Source: Octopus bimaculoides
Taxonomy: Eukaryota
Direction: 5' to 3'
DNA length: 64,000 nucleotides
NCBI RefSeq assembly: GCF_001194135.2
Contig: NC_069006.1
Coordinates: 17,783,036 to 17,847,035, forward strand
Made by a program: the position numbers and the translations under genes. The notes beneath the pieces were generated by a model, which made no database searches, was not told the origin of the DNA, and saw only the letters and a list, made by a program, of their open reading frames with translations. This document shows, piece after piece, positions 50,786-63,322 of this stretch (position 1 is its first letter; the number at the start of each line of letters is the position of its first letter).

Positions 50786-51029
50786 TTGTGTTCTGATCTA
50801 TTTTCAACATTGGTTTACTTCAGTTATTACTTAGCTGATTTAGCACAGCTTGGTGCATTGTAAGAGGGTGGCCGATGGCATGCAGATGGGCTGGGAGGTT
50901 TCCTTCCTCCTCTACCTCCTGTCTCCGTCTCCCTCTCTCTTACACTCACTCTCTCAGTAATGTGTACTGACTAAGTAGTTTCTGTCACACCTAGGTACAC
51001 ATACACAGGTATACATATACATATTGATA

Positions 51030-51067
<38 letters not shown>

Positions 51068-51963
51068 TATCCACCCCCTGTAGTTCTTTCTACAATATAG
51101 GAGAAAAGCTTTCTATCATCTGCCTACATTTCCAGTCCTTCTCTCCGTCTCTCTTTCTGTATAATGCATACATGGTTTGTGTGTGTGTGTGTGTGTGTGT
51201 AGAAAACTGATCCAGTGACCTGTTACTTTTTACTCCAGTGTTACCTCATGTTGATTCCTCAAACTGTTCTCCTTCCCTATGTATGTGAAGAATATATGAG
51301 TGTGTGTGTGTAATTTACTTGTATTTCAAAGGGAAGGCCTTGTCACATTCTGTCATGCTGAGTCTATCTGAGAACTCTATAAAGGGTGTGCGTGTCCTTG
51401 GAGTGCTCAGCCACTTGCACATTAATTTAACAAGTAGGCTGCTTTGTTGATCGGCCGAACTAGAACCCTCGTTGTCATAACCGACAGAATGTCAATTGTG
51501 TGTGTGTACATATATATTGAGTTTCTTACAGTTTCTGTCTACCACTTTTATTTTTGCCTGGGTCTATAGTGGAAGAGTTAGTGTTAGGGTTAGGGTGCTG
51601 TGATACAGGATCGAACTCAAAACCGTGTGTGTGTATCAATGTTGACAACATGTCTGCATTGCTTGAGTGAAACAGTGATATGATATCTATATTCCCTGTT
51701 AATATCACTACTGGCCATATTATGCTTTTTGAAGACATTTGGAATAAAAAGATTCCTTACTTGGGAAACAGCTAAGGGTTGGCAACAGGAGGAAGGGAAT
51801 TCACCTGTAAAATCCTACCTCAAATATGTCTCCCTTTGACCCATGGAAGCATGAAAAAACAAGGCTGTTAAACAAATGAAAAATGAGGGGTTATCTTCTG
51901 TTTTACTTTTCCCAGTCTTTGGCCTGTAGCCATGCTGGAGCACCACCTTTAAAGGGTTTAGTG

Positions 51964-52568
51964 CAGTGGTTCTCAACTGGGATCTATATGGCCCTTGGGG
52001 ATCCATATAAGATTTTATTGTTAAAATTTATGTGAAAGAGACTGGTTATACTTCTACAATGCACAAAATATTTTAACAATTTAATTCCTGATTATAAAAG
52101 ATTAAGATCCTCTTCAGACATGAATGACCGTGGGATTGCACCTAGAAAGTTACCCTCTGAGGGACAAATCTGGCCAAGGCTGTTTATGGAAGACCTGCAG
52201 TCACCCATGCATACCGGCCTTGCCTCTCCACATCATTGATGTTATCCAAGGGAAAGGCAAAGGGGCCGATACAGCTTGGCACCTGTGACGTCGCAACTCA
52301 TTTCTACAGCTGAGTGAACTGGAGCAACGTGAAATAAAGTGTCTTGCTCAAGAACACAACATGCAGCCCGGTCCAGGAATCGAACTCACTACCTCATGAT
52401 AGTGAGCCCGATACTCAAACCACTGAACAATGATGTACCTTCACTATTCCTGATAATACTTAATCATAAAAATATATTAGTTTTTAGACAGCAAATGGTT
52501 ATGAGGATTCCACTAAGTAAAATAGGAATCAAGAGTGTCCACAGGTAAAAAGTGGTTGAGAACCACTT
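51964..52568. mobile_element. hAT MITE inside a SINE A copy, itself carrying a tRNA-headed SINE (about 52117-52432, minus strand)
   Basis: TIRs cagtggttctcaac ... gttgagaaccact. SINE A sequence continues on both flanks. The inner element has a B box and a GTGTTCTTGAGCAAGACACTTT block. Confidence 0.65.
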
Positions 52569-52640
52569 AATCGAGCAAATAGATCCTAGTACTTATTATA
52601 TCAGTCTCGTTTTGCTGAACTGCTAAATTATAGAGATGTG

Positions 52641-52789
52641 GCTGAGTGGTAAGAAGCTTGCTTCCCAACCACATTGTTCTGGATTCGTTCCCACTGCGTG
52701 GCACTTTGGGCGAGTGTCTTCTGCTATAGCCTCAGGCTGACCAAAGTCTTATGAGTGGTTTTGGCAGGCGGAAACTGAAAGAAGCCTGT

Positions 52790-52847
<58 letters not shown>

Positions 52848-53445
52848 TGTGTATGTGTGTGACTTGTCCCCCACCACCACTTGGCAACCAGTGTTAGTGT
52901 GTTTATGTCCTTGTAACTTAGTAGTTCAGCAAATGAGACCAATAGAAATTAAAATACTTCAAGCTGGTGCCCCAGCAAGGCCACAGTCTAATGACTGAAA
53001 CAAACAGAAGATACACACACATACACACATATAAAGTGTAGGTGTAGCAAGTGTGGCTGTGTGGTAAGAAGCTTGCTTCCCAACCACATGGTTTGGGTTC
53101 AGTCCTACTGCATGACCCTTTGAACAAGTATCATCTACTGCAGCCCCAGGCTGACCAAAGCATTGTGAGTGGATTTGTAGATAGAAACTGAAAGAAGCCC
53201 ATCGTATTTGTATGTGTGTCTGTGAATGTATCTTTGTGCCTTTGGTGTCTGTTGCCCACCACCACCACTTGACAACCGGTGTTGGTTTGTTTACATCCCT
53301 GTAATTCAGCAGTTCAGCAAAAGAAGCCGATAGGATAAGTATCAGGCTTAAAAATAAGTACCGGGCTGAATCTGTTTGACTAAACCCTTTAAGGCAGTGC
53401 CCCAGCATGGCCACTGTCCAATGACTAAAACAAGTAAATGTAAAA
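52641..53445 (+). mobile_element. Two tandem SINE family A copies
   Basis: Heads near 52641 and 53052, each with the full body and the gaaacaa tail. Confidence 0.8.
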
Positions 53446-53485
53446 GATATATAGTAATAATAATAGTAGTACTAGCACCAGCATC

Positions 53486-53994
53486 GGTCCAGATGGACTA
53501 TATGTAATCTGAACCTTTCCCCCCTTGTTTTATTTTATTTTTTTTACGGAATCCCACGTTTTAGGCTATGGAGATTCCGATTCTGANNNNNNNNNNNNNN
53601 NNNNNNNNNNNNNNNNNNNNNNNNNNNNNNNNNNNNNNNNNNNNNNNNNNNNNNNNNNNNNNNNNNNNNNNNNNNNNNNNNNNNNNNNNNNNNNNNNNNN
53701 NNNNNNNNNNNNNNNNNNNNNNNNNNNNNNNNNNNNNNNNNNNNNNNNNNNNNNNNNNNNNNNNNNNNNNNNNNNNNNNNNNNNNNNNNNNNNNNNNNNN
53801 NNACTAGTTTTGTGAGATTTGGCTGTTATTTCTAGCATGTAAATAGCCTGCTTGGTGGGGGGGGGGGTTGAAATTTTTCAAAGAATTTTTTTTCAGAATC
53901 GGAATCTCTATAGCCTAAAACGTGGGATTCCGTAAAAAAAAAATTAATAAATAAGGGGGGGAAAGGTTCAGATTACATATAGTCCATCTCTACC
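53486..53994. mobile_element. Non-autonomous DNA transposon with about 100-bp TIRs and an 8-bp TSD (Merlin- or MULE-like, superfamily uncertain)
   Basis: TIR ggtccagatggactatatgtaatctgaacc...gattccgattctga and its inverse ending ...agtccatctctacc. TSD ccagcatc at 53478-53485 and 53995-54002. Confidence 0.85.
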
Positions 53995-54524
53995 CCAGCA
54001 TCACTACAGTCTACAGCACTCCTTGTCATTGTACTATTGCTACCAATAATGACCTACAATAGTAATAATACACCCCTCCCTTAAAAAGAGGAAGATGAGG
54101 TGGTCACGGCTGGAATGTCTTTGATCATAGGTTTGCTTGATCAGGGCTGACCCGGAGCGAAACTACCACAACACTAGCAGTAGTTCCATCAGGGCCACTA
54201 CCAGCGTCACATTCAGCAGTAGCAACAATAACACTCTCACCTCCCACCACCACTACTAATGCTACTACTACTACTACAACCACCAGCACCACCACCACCA
54301 CCACTACAAACACCACCGTCAACACACTGGCAACACTACCACTGCCACCGCCACTTTTGGTAATACAGCTACCAACACCACGACTACCATCTCTGACAAC
54401 AATACTCTCCCCGCTACCATCAGCACCACCGTCACCTTCAGCAGCGATAGTACTACTACTACTAATACTACCACTCTAGTGAGACAAACACTGAAGTAGC
54501 ATTTCTGACAGCCATCCATTTGGT

Positions 54525-54572
<48 letters not shown>

Positions 54573-54902
54573 AGCTAGCAACAGTAGCAGCAGCTGTAAA
54601 AAGTAATTCCACTGTCGAAGGCTACTACTCTCAGACGGGATGGGCAAGGATGTAATTAATGCCTTTAATCACTGGTTGCTTAGTCCGGGTACACCGAGGG
54701 CTAAAACAACAGCTACCTCTGACAATGGGGGAACCCTCAATCTCTTGAGAAGAGAAGAAAAAAATTAAAAAAACAAACAAATACATTGTATAATGTAGCT
54801 CTCTGCTGGGCTGGTCATGACTGGTGTGTCTTTGTTCAAAAGTCTGTTTGGCAGGTTTGACTTGCGGTTAAACAACAGCTACTACTAACAGCAGTAATAA
54901 TT

Positions 54903-54935
<33 letters not shown>

Positions 54936-55679
54936 TCAGCAGATTTGCTGCAACTGTATGTAGATCTGAATGTCTCGTACAGCTGGTCGTGGTGGTGGTA
55001 GTGGTCATAGATTTAGTGGTTATTGAAGTAGAGGTGGTAGTAGTGCTGGTCATAGATCTAGTGGTTCTTATTACTGTAGTAGTAGTAGTAGTAGTAGTAG
55101 TAGTAAGGGTAATAGAACTGGTGATTGTAGTGGTTATGTCTTTATAGCCATAGATTTAGTGTTTGTAGGAGTAAAAGTGGTAGTAGTGGCCATGTCTTGT
55201 AGTGGTTGTGAAGGTAGCAGAGCTTGAGGTTGTTGTGGTAGTGCAGTTAGTGGTTGTGGCAGTGGTGGGTTTGGTGGTATAATGGTGTCTGTGGTAGTAA
55301 CGCAGTGGTCGTCGTCGTGGCGGCGCTACTTGTTCCAGCTGTAGTTTGTTGTCAGACATACAGTTGACGGTGGTGATGATTTTCTGAGATGGCATAGCTG
55401 TGGTGGACGTAGTACCGGTTGTGGTGGTTGGTTGTTGTGGTTGCAGATCTAGTAGTAAGCAGCAATCTCTGTCCACCTTCTGCACACGCATACATGCACA
55501 AGCACGAACACATACACACACACACATGTACATACACACAATATGGAGACTTGGCGATTGAGGAAGTGTGTAGTCTTCTGTACAGATAGGTCTACCTCTT
55601 CTCCGCCTCCTCCTCTTCCCACTTCTCTCTCCTGCTCTCCTCCTCATCCCTCTCCTCTTTTGTAATCACAGTTACTCAC

Positions 55680-55893
55680 CCTCCTCCTCCTCCTCCTCTT
55701 TTATCTTGTTTCTCAGCCATCACAAAAGACTTTTTATTGATTCAATTCCTCCTCACCATGCTGCTACTATTACTACTACTACTACTGTTACTACTACTGC
55801 TACTACTACTACTACCACTATTATCACCACCACCACCACCACCACCTCAGTTCTGTCTTGCAGCAGAGAAAGTGGATAGGAAGATAGCAAACT
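55680..55893 (-). other. Candidate alternative first exon on the minus strand (could encode MAEKQDKRGGGGG)
   Basis: TCAGTT initiator-like motif at 55895-55890, trinucleotide-rich leader, ATG at 55720, donor GG|gtgagt at 55679. Confidence 0.25.
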
Positions 55894-56205
55894 GATGAGA
55901 CAGCTGTGTATTTGTATAGATGTGTGTATGTGTGTGTGTATCTGTGTATGTGAATGTTTGTATGTGTGTGTGTGTGTGTGTGTGAATGTTTGTGTGTGTA
56001 TCTGTATGCACATATATCTGTGCATGTATCTAGGCATATATGTGTGTTTGTGTGTATGTGTTACGTACATACGTTTGTATGTGTACCTAGACATGTGTAT
56101 GTGTTCGGTCTATGTTACACCTCAGCCTTTATCAATTTGATCCACAACAGCTTCCGTTTACATCATGCAGTGTGTTGACTGCACTGCTGCAGTGTCTATA
56201 TAATA

Positions 56206-56248
<43 letters not shown>

Positions 56249-57268
56249 CATGCACACACACATACTTCTGCAAGAACATATATACATACACAACATTCAT
56301 TCATGTGTGCACATGTTCACACAGCTATGTACATAGACCTGCTCAATTGTGTACACTCACATACATGCACAAATATATATATACATGAATGCATGTACAA
56401 ACATATGCACACACACATACACCCATATACTCACAGATGCACATAGCCACATATTCACTCACACAAATGCAATTACTTGAGTTATACCTCCTTCTGCCTG
56501 GATCATTATTACAAATTCTGTCCAACACACTAAATATTTGTTGAGTGTCACTTGACCTCTGTCTGTATGTCTATATGTGAGTGAGTGAATGTGCATGTGT
56601 GTGTTTGTGTGTGTTCTGAATGGATGTTTCTAGAATATCACTCCCCATACACCCACTACACACCCCTTTCCTCCTCTTCTACACTGTATTTGCCATCTAT
56701 ATCTTATTGTAGCTCCATGTTTCACAGCTAGCCTCTACACCTTCTGTGAGAGGAATGGAGAGAGAGAGGATGGGGTTGAGTATTTTGACCTAGCAGGATC
56801 TCTTACACCCTCTCTCTCTCTCTCTCTCTCTCCCCTTAACGGTAAACCAACAACAAAGCTTTCTGCCTTCATAAGTGGGTCAGAGGCTCACATCTGGCCC
56901 ATACTTTTCACACGAATGCCCTTTCTAACACCAACCGCTCTACAGAAAGTACTGGGTACGATTTATCATGGCACCAGCACTAGTTTAGTTACTGTATTCC
57001 CCTTGCGACTAAGACTCCTCACTACTCTATATTTGTCATGTCTTCAACTAGACTAACTGGTCCTCTTGACCCCAACTGCTTTACAGAAAGTACTGGGTAC
57101 AAATTTATCATGGCGTCATTGCTAGTGAAGTTACTGTGTATCTCTTAAGACTAAGAGTCTATAAGGTGTTGAGGACTCTATGACGTGTTTATTTCTAGAT
57201 TACACCGTATTAAGAAAAGCTATCTTTATATGTTACTTAATGTAGTTGGACTGTAAGAAAGCCACAGT

Positions 57269-57560
57269 ACTGTGGTATTTGTTATGGGAAAGCATCTTGT
57301 ATAGATATATAGTGCTAAAAAGTACAGAGAAGATGAAAAGCATCTAGCAGTGACAGTGGAATTGTTAGATCTGGAATTTCTGCGTATTTGCACATCATCA
57401 GTAGCAAGTATCCACAACCACTGCATGCTCAGACAAATTTTGTCCCTACTGATATAGAAAACAGTGCCACTGCTGGACACTTTATCTGCTACTAATATAC
57501 TTCTGTACTGTTTAGCATCATGCTCTATATGAGATGCTTTCTCTCGACGAATACCACAGT
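57269..57560. mobile_element. Hairpin MITE, same family as 32821-33004
   Basis: About 60-bp inverted arms actgtggtatttgttatgggaaagcatc...aagtacaga / tctgtactgtttagc...gatgctttctctcgacgaataccacagt around a spacer of about 170 bp. Confidence 0.65.
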
Positions 57561-59764
57561 TTATGTTTTACTTGTTTCAGTCATTAGACTGTGGCCATGC
57601 TGGGGCACCACCTTGAAATTTTCGTCAAATGAATCAACTCCAGTACTATTTTTTAAAGTCTTATTGGTCCCCCAGGGGCTTTAGCAGAAGATACTTGACC
57701 AAGGTGCCATGCAGTAGGGCTGAACCTGAAACAAAGTGGTTGGTTACCTTTACATTCTGTTTCTGAAAAAAATCAAAAAAAAATAATTGATCTTAGGCCT
57801 GTTCATTCAGACTTGTCCCAGGGCTAAACAGCAAAATTAATATCGATAACAGAGAACAGTCTGGGATCAAGCTAGCATTGTGACCTTAGTCAAAATATGT
57901 TTATTGCTGTTCAACTTTGATCTCACTTTCTTCCCTTCTTTCCTCTCCTTTCTTCTCTCTTTCTCTCTCTCTCTCTCTCTCCATACACAGACACACATAT
58001 TCATCTTTTTATTTTTCTTCTGTGTAACAGAAATCAATGAGAAATAGGTTTCACATTACTGAATTTCATGATACAGAAGGATGCAATACTTCTGTAGTGT
58101 AAGAGATACCTGTGTATATGTTTGTGTGTGTGTGTGAAGATACATGGTCTCACAATTGTGAGATTGTGGTTTCAATTCTCAGACCAGCTGCATATTGTGT
58201 TCTTGAGTGAAACACTTTGTTCCATGTTGCCCCAGTCCACTAAGCCGTAAATGGGTAACCCTGCAATGGGTACCTATTTACAGCTGAGTAAGCATCACAG
58301 GCCAACCTTCCCCATCCTGATTAGGGAATCTAATTGACTGGCCCCACTCCCCCAAAATTTCGGGCCTTGTGCCTAGAGTAGAAAACAATGTTTACAACAC
58401 TCAAGCTGCTTTTAGTTCATAATTGAATACACACACACACTGTTTATGATGCTTAAATATTATAAATGTATAACAGAACATAAATGAATAATTAACAGTT
58501 TCATGACTTTTGGGCCCCCTTATGTATATATATATTTTTTGTTTTTTCCCTGTTTTTGCTCTGGAATTTGCCTGTGTGTAGATGTATGTATGTATGTATG
58601 TATGTATGATGGTATAATTTGTGATAGTCTCACAGCTCACTGCTTTTCGTCCTGTTCTGTCACCCTGTTCAACTTATACTCTGTCTCTGAACCCAGATGC
58701 CATATACCCCTACAAAAAAAAAACAAAAGTAAAGCAAAAACAAATTGCATGGGACTTCTCTCAAGATATCCAACATTCTAGAGAAACCCATTTCAAGAAC
58801 ATTGCAGACGAAGCAAAAGAGAGGAATTTCTACCGATAGTGATGAAAATTAGTTTGGTTATTTTCAGCATTGCAGAGTTGAACTCTGTCAGCTGCCACAC
58901 ACACACATCATCATGTGTGTGCTTAGCTAATGTTGTATGTGTGTATGTATACATACATTTATTCTTAACTCCTTTCAAGCTCCTATCACTTTTGCTCATT
59001 TCTATTCATTTTTCTCTCTCACTGCTTTGGCCCAACTTAACTTGTCTATTTTTATAGTATCTTAAATATATGTTTTCTTCGGCTGTACTTACTGCATATG
59101 CCAGATATATTCTGGAGAGAGAGAGAGAGAGAGAGAGCAGAGAGCAGAGACTGTGTGTGTGTATGTGTGGTGAATGAGAGTTGAAACCATTATGTAGAAT
59201 ATCTTACTGACTGTGCATTTCATAGCGAGATGATTGTAATCTTTAATGGGTATTCAATATGTCAATGTTAGTCTCTATATACATACATACATACACATAC
59301 GCTCATACAATGTGTTTGAGGGTAGTTATGTAACACCTCATGGGGCATATGAATAAATTCTATACTGTTGTATAAGAGAGCTGAGCTAAATATATATATA
59401 TATTCTAACATGTTGTGTATGTTTATTTCATACATTAAAAATATAATAGTAGTCATTCATACTCACTTATACTGAAAGTGTGTGTAGAGAGAGAGTGAGA
59501 GGGAGATGAATCCCTTCTTAGTCCACTACATTACTGCTGTTTCAGCAGCTACTGAAGCTGCTGAATTTTTGTGTAGGATGTTGCTATGTGTTTAAAAGTT
59601 AACACCATGAAGAAATTATATGAAACCAGTGGTACAGTCCATTTACACATTGCTTATAATCAAACACATACATACATGCATACACTCATGCAGATCTACA
59701 TATATGCATACATACATACACACATACATATATACATACATACACATACATATCTTTTATTTTT

Positions 59765-60165
59765 ATCTTTCACTTGCTTCAGTCATTAGATTACAGCCAT
59801 GCTGGAGCACCCCCTGGGAGAACTTTTAGTTGAATGAATTAACCCCAGTACTTATTTTTTAAAGCTTGGTACTTATTCTATCAGTCTCTTTTGCCGGACT
59901 GCTAAGTTATGGAGACGTAAACACACCAGTACCAGTTGTCAAGCAGTGGTGGGGGTGACAAACAGAGACTCAAAGACACGTACACTCAGATATATATATA
60001 TATATATATATATTGCATGGGCTTTTTTCTGTTTCCGTCTACCAAATCCACTCACAAGACCTTGGTTGGCCCTGGGCTATAGTAGAAGACATTTGCCCAA
60101 GGTTCCACACAGTGGGACTGTGGTTGGGAAGCAAACTTCTTACCTCACAGCCACACCTGTGCCTA
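59765..60165 (-). mobile_element. SINE family A, older copy. Others lie near 150, 6230, 11290, 15920, 17060, 18045, 18280, 19540, 25325, 33490, 39550, 42105, 46440 and 48150
   Basis: Family A head, body and tail motifs with substitutions. Confidence 0.8.
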
Positions 60166-61465
60166 TACATCCATACACATATATGCATACATGGTCCCCA
60201 CTTTAACATTACCATCACCATCATCACTACTAGTGCCCTCACCACCTCCGCCTTGTTCTTGAGTACCCTTATCAAAGTTCACTCTGTTGCAATGTTTGGA
60301 TCAGGTACCCCTATTCCCTCATTACCTTGAGTCATTGACTGTTCAGTCTGGACACCAGGTTCATTGGTCATACCTATCAGGGCTAGCTATTTTCCTTTTT
60401 ACAGTGGATTAGTCAGGGGTAAGATTTTGTACCTATGGTCAATGCTGACTGTCTTAGGCAGGTGAGGTCAATGTGCTCAATGTTCCTCTTGAACCATTTC
60501 CAGTTGACAATTACAGGAAAAACACAACTACATAGGGAAATTCAGAGGGTTGACATTCTGGGGAAGAAGGATTGGGTGTAGGAGTTAGCAAGGGGCCTGT
60601 GTTGAAAATGGTTGATGCAATATAGGAGACAAGAGAAAAAAGAGAGACGTGTGAGAAACACCTGGGTAATGGTGGCCCAAGCTGAACCAGTGGAGAAGAG
60701 CAGAGGCCACTGTAGTAGCAGTAGAAAACAGAACAAGAGGACACAGTATGTCTGTTAACCAGAAGATGGAGTCTGATGGTGTATGATTTGTGAATATTGT
60801 CTAGAATGACAGTGTATATAGCAGCAACAACTGCTGCTTACATTGTCATTCTAGACAATTTCAGCTGTTATTAAATATAATAATATCAAAGAAAAATTGG
60901 TTTTAATTGTTATTTATAATTATATCATTTCGAATGTAGACATATGTATAAAAAAAAAAAAAAATTTATGTATTTTAAACTTATTAAACAAACCATGATT
61001 TATAATATGTAATAGGTTGTGCTGAATTTTTATGTATCTATCATTATTATTATTAATAATAATATTTGTAAATGTTGTCATTTATTAAAAACAAATCTTT
61101 TATAATAATGGGTTATTATTTAAGAATTTGTGAACGATATTTTGAATAGATTGATTTAATATGTAGTTATTTAGATAATTTGATAAATATAAGTTGATGC
61201 TAGATTTTGAAGTGTTATTCCATTGTGGGTCTCAATTAAGTCTCATAAACAGCTAATACCTCACTGGAGCCTCTACTGGCTCAGAGAGGAAGATCAGTCC
61301 TTGGGATGATGATTTTGCTGTGTTATCTATGTGAGATTGCAAGGAGACATCCTCAATGACAGTAAAACCTGGCATTTTGTAATCATTTTGAGGGTTTTCA
61401 GCTGCATGTTGTCTGTGACTTGGGTAGTAATATTCAAGCTTGTTTTCTTAGTGTTGGTACTAGTG

Positions 61466-61768
61466 GGTGGAGGCGCAATGGCCCAGTGGTTAGGGCAGCG
61501 GACTCGTGGTCATAGGATCGCGGTTTCGATTCCCAGACCGGGCGTTGTGAGTGTTTATTGAGCGAAAACACCTAAAGCTCCATGAGGCCAAAGGGCCAGC
61601 CTTGTCACACTGTGTCACGCTGAACATCCCCGAGAATTACGTTAAGGGTACACGTGTCTGTGGAGTGCTCAGCCACTTACAAGTTAATTTCACAAGCAGG
61701 CTGTTCCGTTGATCGGATCAACTGGAACCCTCGGCGTCGTAAGTGACGGAGTGCCAACAACAACAACA
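61466..61768 (+). mobile_element. tRNA-derived SINE family C, full length, with 10-bp TSD
   Basis: Head GGCGCAATGGCCCAGTGGTTAGGGCAGCGGACTCG..GGTTTCGATTCCC, (CAA)n tail, TSD ggtactagtg at 61456-61465 and 61769-61778. An older family C copy follows (about 61779-62090). Confidence 0.9.
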
Positions 61769-62166
61769 GGTACTAGTGAAGGCATGTGGCTCAGTGGTTA
61801 GGGTATTCAGCTCAAGATTGTAAGGTTGTATATTTGATTCCTGATTGTGTATTGTCTTCTTGAGCAAGTCGCTTTATTTCATATTGCTCTAGTCCATTCA
61901 TCTAGCAAAGTTGTACCTGTAATCCCAAAAGGCCAGCTTTCCACATTGTCATGCTGAATCTCCCTGAGAACTACATTAAGAGTATGCATGTCTGTGGAGT
62001 GCTCAGCCACTTGCACATTAATTTCATGAGCAGGCTTTTCCATTGATCGTATCAACTGGAACCCTCACCGTGGTAACTGGCGGAGTGCTAGCGCCAGTTA
62101 ATGCATGTTGTGATTATCAAATCTGCTGAAAATTACAAGATTGGTAAAACTCGCTCAGAGAATATT

Positions 62167-62399
62167 TATTTCTTTATTGCCCCCAAGGGGCTAAACACAG
62201 AGGGGACAAACAAGGACAGACAAAGGGATTAAGTCGATTACATCGATACCAGTGCGTAACTGGTACTTAATTTATCGACCCCGAAAGGATGAAAGGCAAA
62301 GTCGACCTTGGCGGAATTTGAACTCAGAATGTAACGGCAGACGAAATGCCGCTAAGCATTTCGCCCGGTGTGCTAACGATTCAGCCAGCTTGCAGCCTT
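62167..62399 (-). mobile_element. SINE family B, young copy with 16-bp TSD
   Basis: TSD tcgctcagagaatatt at 62151-62166 and 62400-62415. CpGs intact. Confidence 0.9.
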
Positions 62400-62419
62400 T
62401 CGCTCAGAGAATATTGTCA

Positions 62420-62690
62420 AGGTGTCTGTTCATCGAGGCAGTACAGGTTTGGCTTAGAATATCTTATTTGCATGAGGTCAGCGCTTGGATGTGCGCAGAT
62501 CATTAAGAAGGACTGAAGTGGGCCGTATCATCTGCATAGGTCTTGGTGTTGTTGGCGGTGAAAACAAGTCGGACATTGATGTACCTGAGGAAGGATTGGA
62601 AACGTATGCGATGTTACTAGGCTCTATCAGTACATGCTGTGATAGCGTGAGGTTTGCGAGTTGCCAAAGTCATGACTATTGTCCCACATC
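62420..62690 (-). pseudogene. Decayed CR1/L2-type LINE reverse transcriptase fragment
   Basis: Minus-strand translation FLRYINVRLVFTANNTKTYADDT (YADDT at 62538-62524) resembles the F-x-x-Y-I-N-D ... Y-A-D-D-T RT motifs. In-frame stops follow. Confidence 0.55.
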
Positions 62691-63081
62691 TTCTCTTGTG
62701 ACTAATATATTAGTCACAAGCAGACACACATACACAAAAGAAGACCCCCCCCACACACACACACATACGTTAGTATTACTTCCTAGATATATTCATTGGT
62801 ATTATAAACTCACATCATTAGTGTTTTAGTATGTCTGTACTAGTGCGTGTGTGTGTGTGTATGTGCCATCACATATTCATGTCTCAGCTGTATTAGAGAT
62901 TGTGGGCCACTATTGGACTATTCAGGCATCAATTGTCTATTCTGTATGCATACTCACACACATAATCCTACTTTCCCCCCAAAACACTCCTTATTATATT
63001 ACCCAGAACTACTTTAAATATTCCAAAACTTTAAATACGGGATTCATTATCTTTCACGCCCCACTCTCTCCTGTTTCCTGT

Positions 63082-63155
<74 letters not shown>

Positions 63156-63249
63156 NNNNNNNNNNNNNNNNNNNNNNNNNNNNNNNNNNNNNNNNNNNNN
63201 NNNNNNNNNNNNNNNNNNNNNNNNNNNNNNNNNNNNNNNNNNNNNNNNN

Positions 63250-63322
<73 letters not shown>

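Noticed and set aside
54125-55647. Thr/Val-rich mucin-like ORFs, including MPSQKIITTVNC... at 55395-55156
   Set aside because: They are built from degenerate (ACT/ACC)n repeats, open in several frames on both strands, with no convincing splice sites. The short unique part (about 55300-55400) is not fully excluded as an exon.
15125-57165. CRISPR-like arrays among the short direct repeats
   Set aside because: Repeats are degenerate and contiguous, with no unique spacers and no cas genes, in animal DNA.
59541-59570. 10-bp hairpin followed by a T-run, resembling an intrinsic terminator
   Set aside because: Eukaryotic context, and a short CAG/CTG-based stem is expected by chance. Similar short stems at 1308-1345, 1637-1657 and 13065-13089 were also not promoted.
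61466-61545. tRNA-like sequence with A and B boxes
   Set aside because: It is the head of a SINE with body, tail and TSD, not a tRNA gene. The same applies near 40880 and 41980.
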